64,000 nt of DNA. It comes from Leucoraja ocellata. Its lineage: Eukaryota. The stretch spans positions 1 through 64,000 of the forward strand of contig JAWMAR010000427.1 of assembly GCA_036785375.1 (NCBI GenBank), read 5' to 3'. The position numbers and the translations under genes are program-made. Below, one piece after another: positions 21,263-34,740 of this stretch (its first letter is position 1; each line of letters starts with the position of its first letter). The notes below the pieces were generated by a model. The model was not told the DNA's origin, searched no databases, and saw only the letters and a list, made by a program, of their open reading frames with translations.

Positions 21263-22710
21263 TTTTCTATTTATTTTCAGGATCTAAGAGCCATTGGCAG
21301 GCCTGCATTTATTGCCCCTCCCTAACTGCCCTTGACAAGATGAAGGTGCCCAGACACTGCACCTGGTGAGGGCCCTCCCACTGTGCTGCTGAGGTTGGGA
21401 GTTCCAGGATTTAAATCCCATGCGGATGAAGGACCAGCACTTTACTTCCATGTCAGGGTGGTGTGTGACTTTGGAGGGGAACCTGCAGGTGGTGGTGTGG
21501 CCATGTACAGGTTCCCCTTATCCTAGACGTTGCCATTTTGGAGGTGCTGTCAGAGTAGCCTGGGCGAGTAGCTGCAGTGTATTTTGTAGACAGCGCACAC
21601 TCCAGCGGTGGAGGGAATACGTGTTTAGGGTAGTGGGTGAGGTGCCAACCCAGTGGGCTGCTTTGTTGTCAAGCTTCTTTCGTGTTATTGGCTTTGAACT
21701 CCTCGTGTGAAGTCAAGAGCATCCATCGCACTCCCTACTTTGCCCTGGGGTGTTAGGAGGTGAGCCACTCAATGCAGAACACCAGCCTCTGACCTGCTCT
21801 TGTCGCCACAGTGTGTAGCTCCACTGGAGTTGCCCCTTGTCAGTATCCTCTGCAACACTTTTCAGTTTCCTTTGGCAGTCCACTTACATTCCTTATCCCT
21901 CACGTATGTGCCGAGTTCATTGCTCTAAAATATTAATTACCATTCAGTTGTGGGAGCAGCGAGCGTTGGACTTGGGTCTGTTGTGAGCCTATCTCTGTGT
22001 GCACTCGGAATACCTCATGGTGCTGACATGAACAGAATGTGCTTTATTTGGGTTAGTTAACTCTGGGAGTTGATTTATGGGAATACAGATGTTTTCATAC
22101 AGAGAACTGAGGAAAGAAGACGGCAGCTGTGCTGAGACTGAGCCAGCCCAGTGACCTCGATAGCAGCCACAGAAAGAATATCTCTATCAATTCATGGAGG
22201 CATACAAAGAGCATTTTCTGCATTGCAAAAGAGCACATTCTGTCCTGTTGCGCACTGACTTTGATTTCAGTCGTGAAAATGCAGCCAATTTAAACAAAGC
22301 ATCTGTCTTACCAAAACACGGTGGTGTTAGATAACCATCTTCAAAGAGATTGTTCACTTACAATGCAGTTCAGACCAGCACGGGCTGTGTAGATAAAGGT
22401 ATACACGTCAGTAAAGATACAAACTGATGGTCAGTAAACTCCCAGGCATGTTAGCAAGGTCACATCAGCAAGATATCACAGTTAACTTGCATTTATGTTG
22501 CATTTCCTAATGACAAAAATATTCCAGATCTGTTCAAAGCTAATGAATGATCATTATTGTGCAATGCAGTTTAAATCTAAAAGGAGGGTAGGATGTATTT
22601 TTCATTTGTAGGACAAGAGATTATCATTTCAATTGCAAACAAAACAAAGAGCATTCAAGTTTGCACATAAGTAGAGGGCTGTGCATGTGTGCACACAGTT
22701 ACTTTAATAT

Positions 22711-22774
22711 ATAGTCCTTGCCCATTTCTCAAATACACAACCATTATCCTGGTCAGGAAAACGACAGCCATGGA
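22711..22774 (-). repeat. Right arm of the 64-bp inverted repeat
   Basis: ATAGTCCTTG(CC)CATTTCTCAAATACACAACCATTATCCTGGTCAGGAAAACGACAGCCATGGA. Confidence 0.9.
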
Positions 22775-23171
22775 TATATACACATAAACTGACTTAAAAG
22801 CAATATTTAGTCTCTCCTAAATAACAGCAGAAAATGTTGAAAACACTCAGCAGGTCAGGCAGTATCTGTGGAGAGAGAAGCAGTTAGTTTCAGATCTAGG
22901 ACCCTTCATCAGAGCAAGATCTGAAGTGTTAACTGTTTCTCTCTCCGCAGATGCTGCCTGACCTGCTCAGTGTTTTCTGTTTTTATTTCAGATGCCCAGC
23001 TTCTGCAGTTTTTGGATTTTCATTTTGTCTCTCCCACACTCGCTGAGCTGGCTGTCTTTCCTGTGTTTAATCTTTCCTACAATTAGTCTTTCCCTCAATC
23101 CATACCGGGCAGCACGTGTTGCATGCCAGAGACCCTTCTTCCAGTCCCTTGAAATTTCACTATGTCGTGAG

Positions 23172-23480
23172 AAGCAGAGCGTTTGCAGGGCAATCGCTCT
23201 ACAAAGCCTTGAGTGTGCTGGGCATCAATGGAGTGGCGAGGAGAAGAGCCATCAAGAACACCACCGAGGCAGCGAAGAAGGCCTCAAGATGGTCCTGGAT
23301 CAGGAGAAGAGGTCCATGGGGAGGAGCGAATGCCACCTGAACACACGTCGTGGTCTGATCAACCACAGCTGGGTCGCCTGGGTGAGGGTGTCTGATGTTG
23401 AAAGACCCGAAACACCCAATGACCCCAAGTTACATCACTGATGATGTGTTCAGGAGCATCAATAGATGTATTATTTATCA
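23172..23480 (+). mobile_element. 3' fragment of a HERO-like (R2-group, restriction-like endonuclease) non-LTR retrotransposon
   Basis: Translates to RAFAGQSLYKALSVLGINGVARRRAIKNTTEAAKKASRWSWIRR and, in another frame, DQPQLGRLGEGV*, resembling the C-terminus of fish HERO elements as I recall it; followed by a structured 3' end. Confidence 0.7.
23386..23450 (+). ncRNA. Putative non-circularly permuted hammerhead ribozyme
   Basis: GGGUGUC^UGAUGU (23386-23398), GACCC-GAAAC-ACCC (23404-23417), ACAUCA-CUGAUGA-U-GUGUU (23432-23450): all core nucleotides present, 6-bp stem I, 6-bp stem III, imperfect stem II. Confidence 0.6.
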
Positions 23481-23677
23481 AATCAAACTATAACAGTAAT
23501 ACAGATTCATGGCTTGAGAGTGTGGATGATGGTAAAGACAGAATCTGTTGATTAGTTGAAATCTGATGAAACATTTGCATCATTTGCTGTGTTCATTAAT
23601 GTATAATCAATATTATAACATTGCAATGTAATATGGCATTATGGAATTTCAACATCCTTTGCATTATAACATTATAA

Positions 23678-24462
23678 AGGGCCTGTCCCACTTAGGCGAA
23701 TTTTTAGGCGACTGCCGGCGATTATTATAGTCGTAGTAGCAGGTCGCTGAATAACCAGTGACTGACCATAACCATATGACAATGTCTACGACAAGATACA
23801 ACAACCTACCACCTAGTCGACGGCATGCTACCGAAAACCGGAGACCCAATCGTCGCGACTGATGGGTCTGTCCCACCTACTTCAACCTACTTCAACCTAC
23901 GACTACCCACGACAGCAAAAATTGTCGCCACTGTCACTGAAAAATTTTCAATGCCAAAAAAATTCACCTAATTAAGACAGGCCCATTAGGATGTGCACCT
24001 ACGACCACACCTGCGAAAATTACGACCACACAGGCGATAACCGAAGTCAACCCACGTCCACCTGCGACAACCTACGACCCTGTTGGCGACAACTGAGCAC
24101 AACTGAAGACAATGCCTGTTGCTACGGCTTCTCTTGACGCCAGTCTCTTGACCTGTCGCCGGTTGACGTAGGTAGTCGCTGATGGAATTCACCAAAGTCA
24201 GCCGACGTCACCTGGCGACAACCTACGACAACACCTACGTCAGGAGAAGTCAAGCTACACTCATTGGTGTCAAACCCACTCGCCGACTGTTGCCGAAACA
24301 TTTTGAACATTTTGAAAATCTAGCGGCGACCAGAAAGACGCTATGACTCTTTCGGTGACTGAGGAACTACTCACAACCATACAGGCGACACCCCGGCAAC
24401 CACGTGGCGACAGCCTAATCGCCTGTAGTCGCCTAAAAAATAGCCTAAGTGGGACAGGCCAT
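23678..24462. mobile_element. PIF/Harbinger-type MITE (~785 bp)
   Basis: TIRs AGGGCCTGTCCCACTTAGGCGA... / ...GCCTAAGTGGGACAGGCCAT, TAA on both sides (23675-23677, 24463-24465), many internal CGACAACCTACGAC-like repeats. Confidence 0.85.
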
Positions 24463-25554
24463 TAAGATGGATGGGATCTCAGTTTAACATTTCATTGAAA
24501 AGCCGGTGACCTGCAGCCAAGGCTTTGTAATCTACCTTCGCACTGGTGCTCAAACCCCCCTCCTCACACCCTCAAAGAACCATTGAATACCAGTAGGTAC
24601 TAATTCCCTTGGGCTATCTGAGACAGGTGCTCTTTGCCATAATTCATAAATTCATACATAATGATCCAGCATCTACTTGGGAAATTCTACCAAAATGCTC
24701 TTTGGCTTCTCTGTCGGCATAGGTCAGTGTCTCTGTGAGGAGACTATTTGATGCAGTTCTCCACTGTCTGTCTTTCTTGACAACTAAAGTTTGGCCACAA
24801 CTTATGTTGAAACATCTTGCAGTTGCCAGTGCCAATTTGTTTTCATTATCATTATCCCCTCTCAGTTGTGATAAATGATCTCTTGTACACCAAGCTTTAT
24901 AAAAGTGCAGTCCGTTTGCTTCACTTCTCTGTGGCACTGGAACATGGTTTGTTTTGTATTCCACTGTGGTGTTTACCTCTGTCTCTCCCTGGCTCTGAGT
25001 CGAGCTCCAATGCCTCCAAACACCTGCCCACAGCCAGTGATGGAGTTCAACAACAGCCACTGTTGCAATGCCACTTAACCACGGGGAGACAAAGGATAAA
25101 AGCTTTCCCGCCAAAGAGAGAGATACTGCTAAAAGCAAAGAACTGCAGATGCTGGTTAATACACAAAATGACACAAAGTGCTGGAGTATCTCAGCAGATC
25201 AGGCAGCATCTCTGGAGAACATGGATAGGTGACGTTTTGAGTCGAGACCTTTCTTCAAAAAAGTAAATTTAAGGTCCATTGCAGGTGCAAGAAGAGTCTC
25301 AAACCAAAACATCACCTATCCACGTTCTCCAGAGATGCTGCCTGATCTGCTGAGATACTCCCGTACTTTGTGTCCTGTAGGCCAGTCTGATGAAGGGTCG
25401 CAATCTCAAAAGTCACCCATTCCTTCTCTTCAGAGATGCTGCCTGTCCCGCTGTTACTCCAGCTTTTTGTGTCTATCTTTGTGTCCATTAGAGGGTTGCT
25501 GGTGCCATTTGCAAAGAGAACAAAATATACTCAAGAATGCACACAGGTAGAGGA

Positions 25555-26290
25555 ATGTGTCTGTGTTTGATATGGGTGTTATGTGTTTGTGTGTATTATG
25601 TGTGTGTGTTATTTGTGTATGTTGTGTGAATGTTTACGGTGTGTGTATTGTATGTGTGATGTAAATGTGTGTGGTATAGGTGTGGTGTGTATGTATTTCA
25701 TGTGTGATGTGAATGTGAGAGGTTTATGTTACATGTGTGTTCATAAGTTTCCAAGTGATAGGAGCAGAATTAGGCCATTCGGCCCATCAAGTCTACTCCA
25801 TCATTCAATCATTGCTAATCTATCTTTCCCTCTCAACCTCATTCTCCTGCCTTTCCCCCATAACCCCTGACACCTGTACTAATCAACAATCTATCTATCT
25901 CTGCTTTAAAATATCTATTGACTTGCCCTCCACAGCCATCCGTGGTGTGATGTGAATGTGAGTGGTATGTGTATGTTACACGTGTGTGTGTGTTGTATGT
26001 GTGGCGTGAATGTGTGTACTATATATTGTGTGAACGTGTTTGCGGGTGCTATGTGAATGTGTATGTGATGTAAGTATGCAGACTGTGTGATCTGTTGTGT
26101 GGAAGCGCGCGGTGTGCACGGCATATCTGTGTTGCATTATAGTGTGTGCAAGTGTATGAGCGGTGTGAATGAGTGTGTTGTGTGGAGGTGCTTGTTTTAA
26201 ATACAATGTGTAGGTTTTATATGTGCATGTTATGTGAATCAGTTACGTGTGCATGTGCACACAAACACACATGCACACATGCACACTACT
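25555..26290. repeat. Degenerate (TG)n low-complexity region, interrupted by a CR1 tail
   Basis: TG/TATG-rich; similar regions at 2010-2430, 30163-30370, 37840-37980 and 38790-38945. Confidence 0.85.
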
Positions 26291-29200
26291 AAAACTTGTC
26301 CTCTACTCACTCCCCAGTTGATTCACTCCCACACTCGCTAATCTGGGTGTCCTTGGGCTTAATCTATTCTCCTCGATTGGTTTGGCCCATAATCATGAAC
26401 ATATTCCAATCCACCCACATTCAATGAAGAATTTGAACTACAGTTACTGTTATGATTCACATATTATAGGAAATTATATGAACTTATAGAAAGAATGAAG
26501 GATACACAGGAGCAGCAGCCTTAGACATGCAAATCCCCATGCTTTAGACACACAGATCTCTGTGTTTTAGACACACAGTCTGTGTTCTTTAGACATACAG
26601 GTCTGTGTTTTCATTAGATATACAGATATGTATGTGCTGTAGACATGTGGGTCTGTCTGTTTCAGCCGCCAAGGATTCTATCCGTTCTCTGAAGAACCAT
26701 CAAAGCATCAGCTCTGGTTCTCTCCCAGCTTCGCGGGTCCATGTCAGATTTGAATAGAGACAGCACCACTAACAGCAGAACCAGCTGCCAGCGCTGGGAC
26801 AGTGTGACCGGTGGCACTGACCAGCCAGTGGGCCTGTTGGCAAAGCCAATGGGAGCTGTGGAGCTGGTGTACAACTGAGGAGCTGGTTCCCACATTCAGC
26901 AGGAGCTGCACAACAGGAACTAGCGAGGCAGGCTGGGGAAGATGTATTAAACAATCCAGATCAAAGCACAGGGAAAACTGAGCCTCAGAACGAAAATCCT
27001 TTCTGCCAAGGAGGTCCGTTGGGGTCAGGTGAATGATCCGTAGAGGGCAGCACTGGCGGTGAGAAGCTCATTGTACTCACCCAGACTCCGATGGACTGTA
27101 AATAAATCCTCAAAGTCATGCAAATAAGCAAACCTTGACTGACAAATGTGACCTTCTCAGGGTGCAGGATGACTACAGTGGGACCTGCACATGATACTTT
27201 CATTCTGTATGGTGCACTTTTAAATGTGAGGAAGACACAGTGGTATTATGGTCATAAAGTGGCCATTCACTGACCTGTCCCAGGGTGAACTCTGCAAGGC
27301 TGGTGAGGATGAGCCTGTTGTAAAGAAAATACTTTAAACTGCTGCAGGAAAGTAAAACAGATGTGGAAATCTGGTTCAGTGTTTGGAGTATCCCACCATT
27401 GACTATATCCACATTCCTATGTCCAGTATTATAGAACCCACTTGTTGGCTGTCAGTGTCAAATAATGTGGAAATGGCAGCATGCTTGGACCAAAAGTTTG
27501 TTGTTGTTCAAGTCATTGTAAAGCACTCTGAGTTGCAACAAACAAAGTGGCCCTCCATCATTCCCCAGTCTCCATCAAACAATCCACGGAGCTGCCTGTT
27601 GCTGGGCGTGTGCCTGAAAACAGCCCGGGTGTTAGTTGGAGAGATACAGCATGGAAACAGGCCCTTCGCCCCATCGATCATTGATCACCAGTTCATACTA
27701 GTTATCCCACAGCACACGACAGGCAATTGACAGAGGCCAATTAACCTACAAACCCATAGTCTTTGGGATGTGGGAGGAAACCAGAGCACGCGGAGGAAAC
27801 CCACACGGTCAAAGGGAAAACGTGCAAACTCCACACAGACATCACGTAAGGTCAGTAATATCAGGATTGAACCTGGGACTTTGTCACTGTGAGGCAGCAA
27901 CTCTGCCGCAGAGCCATTCTACCACCTTATCTTCAGATGATATAGAGTGTCACCTCATCGAGGCCTGCAGAAACTACTGTGGTGTTATGGGGTGGGGGTG
28001 ATTCCCACACGGCCTGGGTTCAAGCCTATACGGACACCCAGCTGCGTGCTGAACCATGTCCCTGGCTGAGCTGCTTCACACACAGGGTTAACCTTGAGCT
28101 AAGCCCAGCCCACTCCACAGACCCTCTACCGCACTGCTGGCCCACTCCCTTAAAGAAATAAACTCTGAAAACCCTTCTTGATTGAATCAGTGAGCTGCCC
28201 ACAGGACACCCGGCTTCACGGGGATGTTTTAGTGGAATTATAGCAGGAGAAAGTCTTGACATTTCAAGCAGAGGAAATCTGAAATGCAAACAGCAAGTTC
28301 GCAGCGGGGGGGGGGGTCCATTTCTTCAGATCTAGAGCAGCCGGCTGATTCCCAGACCAGGTCCCCTGTTACCTCTCACACTTCCCCGTGTCGGCCGGGC
28401 TCTCAGCTGAGAACTCTCCCACCGCTGGTCACAGGCTTGTGGGTACATGGTTCTTCCAGGTGATTGCAAGTTCCCAACTGCGGCTCACTGTGGATCCGAG
28501 AGAGTGTTACACTGTCGCAGGAACAGCTGAGGCACCGGAAATAAGCAGAGATGGGGCCTGCACATTCGGCCCATCACTTTCATTCAATCAGATCACAGCT
28601 GATTTACTTCAGTGTTATTTCTCTGCACTAATCCCAGATTCCTTCATTCCCTTACCTGCCACATAACTCTCGATCCCCACACTTAATACTGTTCTCAATT
28701 GATGCTCCACATCAATTACCATCATCTGCTTTGATCTGTCATTTTCACACCTTACCCTTCCTTACGTCTGGACCCTCTCTCCTGACTGTCAGAAGAAGGG
28801 TCTCGACCTGAAACATCACCTTTCCCTTTTCTCAAGAGATTCTGTCTGACCCACTGAGTTACTCCAGCTTGATGTGCCCATCTTTGGTTTAAACGAGCAT
28901 GGGTTCATTCCTACCCAATTCCATGTGATCTCACCAGCCTACCTTGCAGGATCTTGTCACAGGCCTCATCCTGAAAGACTGGCGCCTTATTTTCACTGCA
29001 AGGTCACCAGTTGCAGGTACTCCAGTCAAGGGGATAACTTCGGTATGTCTGACCTGGAAAGCCCTGTAAGGATTATACTCATTTCAACAAGATCAGCTCT
29101 CATTTTCTGACACCCTATAGGCCCAATCTGTTGAATCTTTCTTTCTAGGACAAGTCCCAATCCCAAGAATCCATCTTGTGAACCTTCGTTCTCCATCACA

Positions 29201-30559
29201 ACTCCACCTTGGATCGGAGCCCAGGCCTGTGCACTATCACCCAGACATAGTCATACATCATTTCAAGAAACCCTCGCAACACTTGGACTCAAATCCTCCC
29301 ACAAGAAAGACAATGTACTGACGGCCTTCTAAATTGTTCATGGTATTTGCACATAAACATCTGCTGCTTCATGAGCAAGGCATGTTGGGTTTCTGAACAA
29401 CACCTTCAATCTCTCACCACGGATTTTAAAAAATCCCCATTTTTAAAAATTAGGTAAATTTCCCATTCACGGAACGTATCTCTACCCACTCCCCCCCCCA
29501 CCCGAGTACTCTGTGCCTCCTCTTCACTGCCCACACAACTTGGATATATGACACTCCATCCCCCTCATTGATGGAGATGGTGAAGAGTTCTCCATGCAGT
29601 TGCAGGGAAAACATGCAAACTCGTCACAGATAGCACCAGAGGTCAGGATCAAACCCAGGTCTCTGGTGCGGTGAGGCAGCAGCTCTACCAACTGCACCAC
29701 TGATTGAACGTGAGTGTGGTACATGATAAGATCACATTAGCTGAAGGAGTTTCTTCCCACAGCTAAATGTAATGTATGTTGAGATTCAGTGCGTAGTGAT
29801 TATGAGCAATTATGTGTGTCAGGGAAAGATTCCATAAAGATAAGCTGCTCGCATTTGCTCATTGCGTGGCCAAGGTGAGTCGTGTGAGAGCAGGGGTGAG
29901 GATCTCAGCCTTCCTGCCTGGGCCCCTGAACTGTTTGTTGACCAGAGGCATTAATTCCACAGGAGTTGGGTTTCAGCTCCTTGAACTGCAATGGCTGCAA
30001 GTTCAAAAACATTAACGTTCACATGGAGGAACAACCAAGAGGTTGCACCTGTCGCCAGATGTAGAGTTGCACGGATTATAAATATTGATGGTTTATGGGA
30101 GCAGCAGGGCTCAGTGTTTAGACAGAGACACCAAATCAACACACTCCAAACTGTCAGAGCTGCCACACACACACATACACATACACATACACACACATCA
30201 CATAAACACACATATACGCACATATCACACACACACCACACATGCACACACATATATATACATATAAACACACATACCATATATACACACATACCACACA
30301 CGCACCACACATACACACACACACATGTATATATATAAACACACACACCACACACACACATGCACACACAGAGTTTCCATGCAGAGACGCAAAATCCCAG
30401 CTATTCGAGTAAACCTTTTACCTCACACCCCCCTTTGCCTTTAGCTCTGCCTTCTGATCTTTGAACAATCTGTGAAAAATAGCAAGTCGATCTACATCGG
30501 CCACTTCTACCAAATCTCCTCCAACCTCTTTCGATCCAAGGAGACCAGTCACATGAAAA

Positions 30560-32870
30560 CAGGAGCACGAGTGGCCATCAGGTGCTCAAGCCTACCCCAC
30601 CATTCAAGATGATCATGGCTGCACCCTTTCTCCACAGCCCTCCATTCCTTCATCTATAAAATAGTTACTCACCTCCACTTCTTATACCTCACATCGCATG
30701 ATGCAGCTTCCACCACCCACTGGGGCAGAGATTCACTACCCTCAAAGAAGAAATTTCCACCCAGTTCTGTTTTAAATGACTGTCCCTTACTTTGTAGCAT
30801 TGTCCTCATATTTGAGACTCCCACCAGTGAGATCACCCCAACATCCATCCTGTCAAGCCCTCTCAAGATCTTCTATATTTGAATTAGGTCACCCCTTCTT
30901 CTAAGCTCCAAGGAATACAGACCCAAAATGTCTGACCTCCCTTGGTGGATTGACCCTCCCATCCCCAGAATCACCCGGTGCATCTCTTGGACTGGTTCCA
31001 ATTATACCATATTCTTGATTAGGTAAGGGCCCCAAACTATGTACAATGCTCCACTGTGGCCTCAACGGCACCAGTAAAACTGTAACAAAACCTCCATGTT
31101 TCTAAACTCCAACCCTTCCACAATAAGGGCCTACATGTTGGTTGTCTGCTTGTTAGAACATCCTCTAAGTTTCATTTGCAGCCTCTCCCCATTTTGATAA
31201 TTTGCCATTTGATTCCACTTGCCAAAAGGCATGACCTCCCACTTTCCCACTTTCATTTATATTTACCAATCTTTTGGTCACTCACTCAATCTATCTACAC
31301 CCCATTGCAGAATCATAGTATACTTATCACAACATGCCCTTCCACCTGTTTTCATATCATCAGCAAATTTGGAAACCTTACATCCTTTTTCTTCTTGTAA
31401 ATAGTGAAGAGCTGCGTGCCATCAATTGATCCCTGTTGTACTCCAATCGTCTAGTCTGAAAATGACCCATTTATTGCAAGCCCCACTTTTCTATGAGGCA
31501 TTCAGTTTTTAATCCATGCTAACACACTTCCTCAACACTATGGCCTTAATTTATACACCACTTTCTTACGTGGCACATTGTTAAATGTTTTTTTGGAAAA
31601 CTAAATACACTACATTTACAGGGTCCTCTCTATCAATTCTCTATCTCACATCCTCAAAGAATTTGAGCTAATTTGTCAAATGATTTGCCATTCATTAAAG
31701 CATGTTGACCCTGTTTAATTATATTCAACTTTACAAAATGGTTAGCTATTTCTTCTTTGATTATTGACCCCAGCATCGGGGTCAATGGGGGGGGGGGGGC
31801 CCCTTCTCCTTTATTGAACAAGGAAGTCACATTGGCTGTTTTCCAATCTTTGGGTTTCCTTCCAGAGTTGAGCAAGTTAAACGTTTCAACCAGTGGGTCC
31901 ACCATCTCTGCAGCCACAGACTGTATAACCCCGGCATGCAGTCGATCGGGCTAAGGTGACTTGTCTGACTTGTCTGCTGAGAGCCTCCTGAGTTTCTCCA
32001 CTACTTTATCCCTTTAATTGGCATTTTTGTAAGTTCCACCACATTATTTGAAATTTGCCTCTCTAATGTTTTAGGGAAGATAGACACAAAATGTTGGAGT
32101 AACGCAGTGGGACAGGCGGCATCTCCGGATAGAAGGAATGGGTGACGCTTCAAGCCGAGTCTGAAAAAGGGTCTCTTTGGTGTAAACCAGCATTTGCAGT
32201 TCCTTCCTACACACTAATGTTTTAGGGAGATTGGCAATGTCTTCCATGGTGAAAACTGATGTGAAAGCTTTATTCAGAACATCTTGCTGCTGTTATTAAT
32301 TCACCAGCCTCTTTCTCTGGGGCTCCACATTGACTTTCACCACCTACTTGCTATTTATATATTCAGAGAGACCTTTAGTGTTTGCTTAAATACGACAACA
32401 TGCAGGTTTTTGCAACAAAAACAATTCTCTCTTCTTATGAGCTCCTTAGATTTGTGCTGCTGGATCGAACATTTCCCAGTCCCCTGGCCTCCCACAGCCT
32501 CTGTCACTTACTTTTCAATGTAACATAATCCTTGACCTCCTTTGTTAACCCACGGCCTGTGCCTCTTTCTTGTGAAATCCCCTGTTTTGATGCGATAAAC
32601 TCCTGCTGATATTATAGCATTATAGCTCAGTTTGAATTTCTGCCATTGTTTCATCACTGACTTGCTCTTAACTGTACCCAGTTCACCTTCAACAACATCC
32701 CCCTGATACCATTACAACTGCCCTTATTTAAGTTGAGGACACTGGTTATGGACCTGTGGTGTTCATTTTCGAACTGCATTTGGAATTGTTGTCCCAGCTT
32801 CCCCAGTCTGACCCAGGAGCTGAAATGCTTCATCCCCGGAACCATTCCAGTCAATATTGCAGCGTTTATG
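30560..32870 (-). mobile_element. Old decayed CR1-type LINE (RT region), interrupted by a Penelope-type repeat
   Basis: PLVETFNLLNSGRKPKDWKTANVTSLFNKG...SIIKEEIANHF..QGQHALMNGKS and C-terminal LGGNFF..LPQWVVEA remnants. Confidence 0.75.
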
Positions 32871-34740
32871 CAGGTTCAACCTACTCCCTCTGCATTGTGT
32901 GTCTGTGGATACAAGAAAAGCTTATGCTTGAAGGTAGACAAAAACCTGGAGTAACACAGCGGGTCAGACGGCATCTCTGGAGAAAAGGAATAGGTGACAT
33001 TGCTCCAGAGATGCTGTCTGACCCGCTGAGTTACTCCAGCTTTTTGTGTCTATCTTCCGTTTAGACCAGCAGGTGCAGTTCCTTCCTACACATTCTTGTG
33101 AAATCTCTGCAAAATCTATGTTTGGACAGCCACTCTTTCAGTATTCAATGCACAGATACACCCAGGTTACCGTGCTCCCACACCACGTTTGTACCTCTCC
33201 CTTCTGCCACCTCTCCACTGCGTCTCATAACCACAGTCCTGCTGTCCAGCCAGACGCCCGCTGCTGCTACCCCTCCTCCTCATTCATCCCCGCGTGATCT
33301 CTTATTTCATGCAGAGATGGGCACACAAACCAAGTCACTGTCTTATTGACACAGCATCTCTAACAATCCCTTACTGTGTCATTTAAATCTCGATCCTTTG
33401 AGTGAAACAAGGAAAAGCTGTTGGGAGCCCTCATAGGAAGCACTGATAGACTCTCTGGACAAGGCAGCACATTTAGTAAGCTAGTTTATAAAAAGTTCTT
33501 TGAGATTCAAAAGGAAAGATACCAGATAGAGGATAAATACATCTAAATGCCAAAAGAGGATTTCTCTTCAACACGACTCTTCATAAAGAAGGGTTTGGTG
33601 TAAAGCTGATCTTTCAGCTGGTCAGGGAGTGCTGGCAAGGAACAGCTAGCCACTGCCTCCCTCTGCACTACCCTCTCCCCCTCATCCACTTTCCCATTGA
33701 TCCCTTATACCTCCACACCTCACCTACAATTCCGCCCACTGCACTCCGAGCTGCTCCTGCTCTCCTGCAGATTCCCTCCACCCTCTCCCGGTTCCCAGTT
33801 GGCCATTCTGGCCACTCGGCGGCTCCTACCCCCTGACCCAGGAGTGCACGTTATTGCGGACTAACAGCTAGCACGTATCTAACGAAGATGATTCATCATT
33901 CTTCTATTTATGGTTAGCTTAGTGCAGAGATCTCAACACTCAAAATGAATCTGGTTTATATCAAATCAGTTTTTAAAATTTGAATGAAACAAAACAGATA
34001 TCACATAACACAAGCTAGAGATCGGCCTTCAGGTCTCAAGAAAATCATTTAAAGCAAATTTAAAGTGTGGAATTCCACAGCCGGAGGACAAAATCTATAA
34101 AGTATAATATTTAAGGAAGAACAGAGATCTAAGGATGTTGATGCATTGGGAGCATTTGGGGAATACTGATACCAGGAATGGCCAGGTTGGTTAATGAGGA
34201 AATGTTTTACAGACTAAGCTAGTATCCCATGTTTAGAAGACCCAGAGGGAACTGATTGAAACAAATTAGATCCTGAGGGATTTCAACAGATGTGGAGAGG
34301 ATGTTTTCTTTTAAAGTCACAGATTCACAGCACAGAAACTGGCCTTTCAGCCCACCTTGTCCAAGCTGAATGCATCAACACTAATCCCATTTGCCCACAT
34401 TATGCTATGACATTAGGCACATGTCCCTTTACATGTTTCCTATCGAAGTACTTGTCCAAATGCTCTTTAAATGCTGTACTTACCTCCACCACCTCTTCTG
34501 ACAGCTCATTCCTTATAACCAGGAAGCTTACCCTCAGATCCCATTATGTTTCTCCCCTTAAACCAATTTTATATTCCCTCATCCTAGGAAATATCCTGTA
34601 TTCATCCTATCTGTGCATCCCAGAATTTTGTAAACCTCCAAGGTTACCCTTCAGCCTCTTACATCCCAGTGAAAATAATCCCAGCCAATCCTATCTCTTC
34701 TTATAATCACAGCCCTTCATTCCAGGCAGCATCCCGGTGA

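Noticed and set aside
22089-22398. Exon-like segment inside the 64-bp inverted repeat
   Set aside because: 310 nt with stops in every frame; cannot be supported as coding.
26666-27030. Coding-looking stretch after an acceptor-like gtttcag
   Set aside because: All three frames from the acceptor hit stops within ~90 nt; only a 45-codon ATG ORF follows; no homology recognised.
33410-33546. Short open frame KEKLLGALIG...QKERYQIEDKYI
   Set aside because: Resembles a decayed CR1 ORF2 linker region next to other CR1 debris rather than a host exon.
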